From Prevotella sp. (lineage in GTDB: Bacteria > Bacteroidota > Bacteroidia > Bacteroidales > Dysgonomonadaceae), in NCBI GenBank assembly GCA_031285625.1, contig JAITVV010000093.1:32001-96000 (forward strand): a stretch of 64,000 nucleotides of DNA, written 5' to 3'. The notes beneath the pieces are model-generated. The model did not search any database, had not been told where the DNA came from, and saw nothing but the letters and a program-made list of their open reading frames with translations. The stretch's first letter is position 1. Every line of letters begins with the position of its first letter. A program made the translations under genes and the position numbers. Shown here one piece after another: positions 61,878 through 64,000 of the stretch.

Positions 61878-62975
61878 ATGAAAAAAACACCATTTACTGA
61901 CATTCACATAGCCTTAGGTGCGAAGATGCATGAGTTTGCGGGATATAATATGCCAATTGAATATTCCGGAATAATAGACGAGCATATGACTGTATGCAAA
62001 AGTGTGGGTTTATTTGATGTGTCGCATATGGGGGAAATATGGGTAAAAGGTCCTCGGGCATTATCCTTTCTTCAAAAAATGTTGAGTAATAATGTGGCTG
62101 CTTTAGAAATAGGAAAAGCTCAATATTCATGCATTATCAATGATCAGGGTGGTATTGTGGATGATATTATTGTATATCACTACGAGCCTGAAAAATATAT
62201 GCTGGTTGTAAATGCTTCAAATATAGAAAAAGACTGGAATTGGCTTTCAGAGCATAATGATGAATTTGCAGATTTGGAAAATTCATCGGACAATATTGCA
62301 CAGTTGGCCATACAAGGGCCTAAGGCTCTGGAAACATTACAGAAATTGACAAAAATAGATTTAACCAAAATACCTTATTATACCTTTGTAATAGGCAGTA
62401 TGGAAGGTTCGGCTCTAGATAATGTTATTATTTCGAACACTGGATATACAGGTGCCGGAGGTTTTGAGATTTACTTTTACCCTCAATATGGTGTTGATAT
62501 CTGGAATGCTATTTTTGAGGCTGGAAAGGAATTCGGTATCAAGCCAATTGGTTTGGGAGCACGCGATACATTGCGTTTAGAGATGGGATTCTGTCTGTAT
62601 GGTAATGATCTGGATGATACTACTACCCCTATTGAAGCAGGCTTGGGGTGGATTACTAAATTTGTTGATGGTAAAGACTTTACGGCGCGTGCTATACTAG
62701 AAAAGCAAAAGAAAGAAGGTGTTAGCTGTAAATTATGTGGTTTTCAGATGCTGGAAAAAGGAATACCCCGCCATGGATACGACATAGTAAACGATAAGGA
62801 TGAAAAGATCGGTGTTGTAACATCAGGAACAATGGCCCCAACGACTAAGATCGGTGTTGGGCTTGGATATGTTAAACCTGAATATGCTACTATTGAGACT
62901 CCGATATATATTAAAGTAAGAGATAAAAAGCTTAAAGCTGAAGTAGTAAAACCTCCTTTTAGAAAATTAGACTGA
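61878..62975 (+). CDS. gcvT: Glycine cleavage system aminomethyltransferase T
   Basis: [44 protein letters not shown] at 61878. Confidence 0.98.
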   Translation: MKKTPFTDIHIALGAKMHEFAGYNMPIEYSGIIDEHMTVCKSVGLFDVSHMGEIWVKGPRALSFLQKMLSNNVAALEIGKAQYSCIINDQGGIVDDIIVYHYEPEKYMLVVNASNIEKDWNWLSEHNDEFADLENSSDNIAQLAIQGPKALETLQKLTKIDLTKIPYYTFVIGSMEGSALDNVIISNTGYTGAGGFEIYFYPQYGVDIWNAIFEAGKEFGIKPIGLGARDTLRLEMGFCLYGNDLDDTTTPIEAGLGWITKFVDGKDFTARAILEKQKKEGVSCKLCGFQMLEKGIPRHGYDIVNDKDEKIGVVTSGTMAPTTKIGVGLGYVKPEYATIETPIYIKVRDKKLKAEVVKPPFRKLD

Positions 62976-63032
62976 TAAAAAACAGGGGGGATTTTTCAAC
63001 ATCTCCCCTACTCTATTTTTAAGCTACTTTAA

Positions 63033-63734
63033 TTACAGGTTCTGCATCAAAGCCTTACTATTAAGTATCTTCACTTCCCGGCCCGACATTTCAATCAATC
63101 CTTCGTCTATCATATTCTTTATTTCCCTGGCTAATGCCGGACGGGTAACATTCATGTATTCAGCCAGTTGAGTTTGATTATGGGCTATTGTTATCATATT
63201 CTGTTCATCAGGCTTATATTCAAACAGATAATAAACGAAACGGCTTCTTATATTCTTATATGCCAGAATCCTTAATCGGCTTACAGTGCATACATTGCAG
63301 TTTCCGGTTAGTCTCAGGAAGTTCTTGAGCATTTCCGGTTCTGAGCTAATTAGCCTGAATGCAGATTCTTTCGTAGCCCTCATTAGCAAACCATCTTCTG
63401 CCACTGTAAATGTAGCCGGAAAAATACTATTCCCATCAAAAAGATGTGGGGTTGCAAATGACCTGGGAGCAACCAAGTCTTCCACTTTTATATTGTTGCC
63501 GGAGACATCAATGATATTTACATCAAGCTTTCCTGCTAATAGGATGTGCATATGATTACATGGTGTATCCTGCCTGATTATCACCTCACCTTTTTTCAGT
63601 GGAGTAAGGAAATAATCGAGCCTGTTTAGAAGATCTTTTTTAGCTTCTTCAGATATACCCCTGAATAAAGGTATTTTATGTATTATATTTATTTGTTGCT
63701 CTGTCAAATCTATGTGATTGTCCATTGCTTCCAT
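63033..63734 (-). CDS. Crp/Fnr family transcriptional regulator
   Basis: cNMP-binding fold (PLFRGI...KKGEVIIRQ) and HTH QTQLAEYMNVTRPALAR. Confidence 0.9.
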   Translation of the reverse strand: MEAMDNHIDLTEQQINIIHKIPLFRGISEEAKKDLLNRLDYFLTPLKKGEVIIRQDTPCNHMHILLAGKLDVNIIDVSGNNIKVEDLVAPRSFATPHLFDGNSIFPATFTVAEDGLLMRATKESAFRLISSEPEMLKNFLRLTGNCNVCTVSRLRILAYKNIRSRFVYYLFEYKPDEQNMITIAHNQTQLAEYMNVTRPALAREIKNMIDEGLIEMSGREVKILNSKALMQNL

Positions 63735-63888
63735 TTTATTAGATCCGAATATAAAGATAATCATTTCCCGAATACAAATAAATCCTAAATGTTAAAGAAA
63801 CCTCTATTTTGATATAGTATATCCTTATATCGTGAAATTTCTAGTAAATTTACAGTCTTTAATCTGAACTTAATAAACACAAATAAAA

Positions 63889-64000
63889 ATGGGTGGTTTT
63901 TTCGGAACAATATCTACTTCGGCTTGTGCTACTGATCTTTTTTATGGCACTGACTACAATTCTCATTTAGGAACCCGTAAAGGTGGTATGGCAACCTTAC
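63889..64000 (+). CDS. purF: Amidophosphoribosyltransferase-like protein, N-terminus only (runs off the right edge)
   Basis: MGGFFGTISTSACATDLFYGTDYNSHLGTRKGGMATL matches the start of the Bacteroidales purF-like paralogue. Confidence 0.75.
   Translation, partial: MGGFFGTISTSACATDLFYGTDYNSHLGTRKGGMATL

Overview
AT-rich chromosomal window from a Bacteroidales bacterium; gene content and TAnnTTTG promoter boxes suggest a Dysgonomonas-like organism (inference). It opens on the edge of a polysaccharide utilisation locus: the 5' part of a SusC gene and a divergent hybrid two-component regulator. The rest is mostly core genes: rho, a CDF metal exporter, purH, mreBCD-mrdA-rodA, a BtuCD/FecCDE-type ABC pair, a frameshifted C69 dipeptidase, an XRE regulator, tryptophanase, pyrK-pyrD, rpsP, mfd, an attenuator-controlled ilv operon, lnb(DUF4105)-phosphatase-like-secA, gyrA, meaB, a ROK kinase, a GH29 fucosidase, purM, tRNA-Thr with SRP RNA, pepT, gcvT, a Crp/Fnr regulator and the start of a purF-like gene. 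I found no transposase, integrase, prophage or CRISPR array. The most notable unexplained signals are: (1) a dispersed intergenic element, AAAAGTWACA-N19-21-TGTYAC-NNN-TGTYAC with a shared TTATCT flank, present as 6 units at 5 unrelated loci; (2) a 28-codon uORF before tryptophanase; (3) an apparent 11-nt deletion splitting the C69 gene; (4) a translationally coupled ORF interrupted only by four amber codons; (5) a switch-like structured rho leader. All calls come from reading the sequence by eye; no searches were run.
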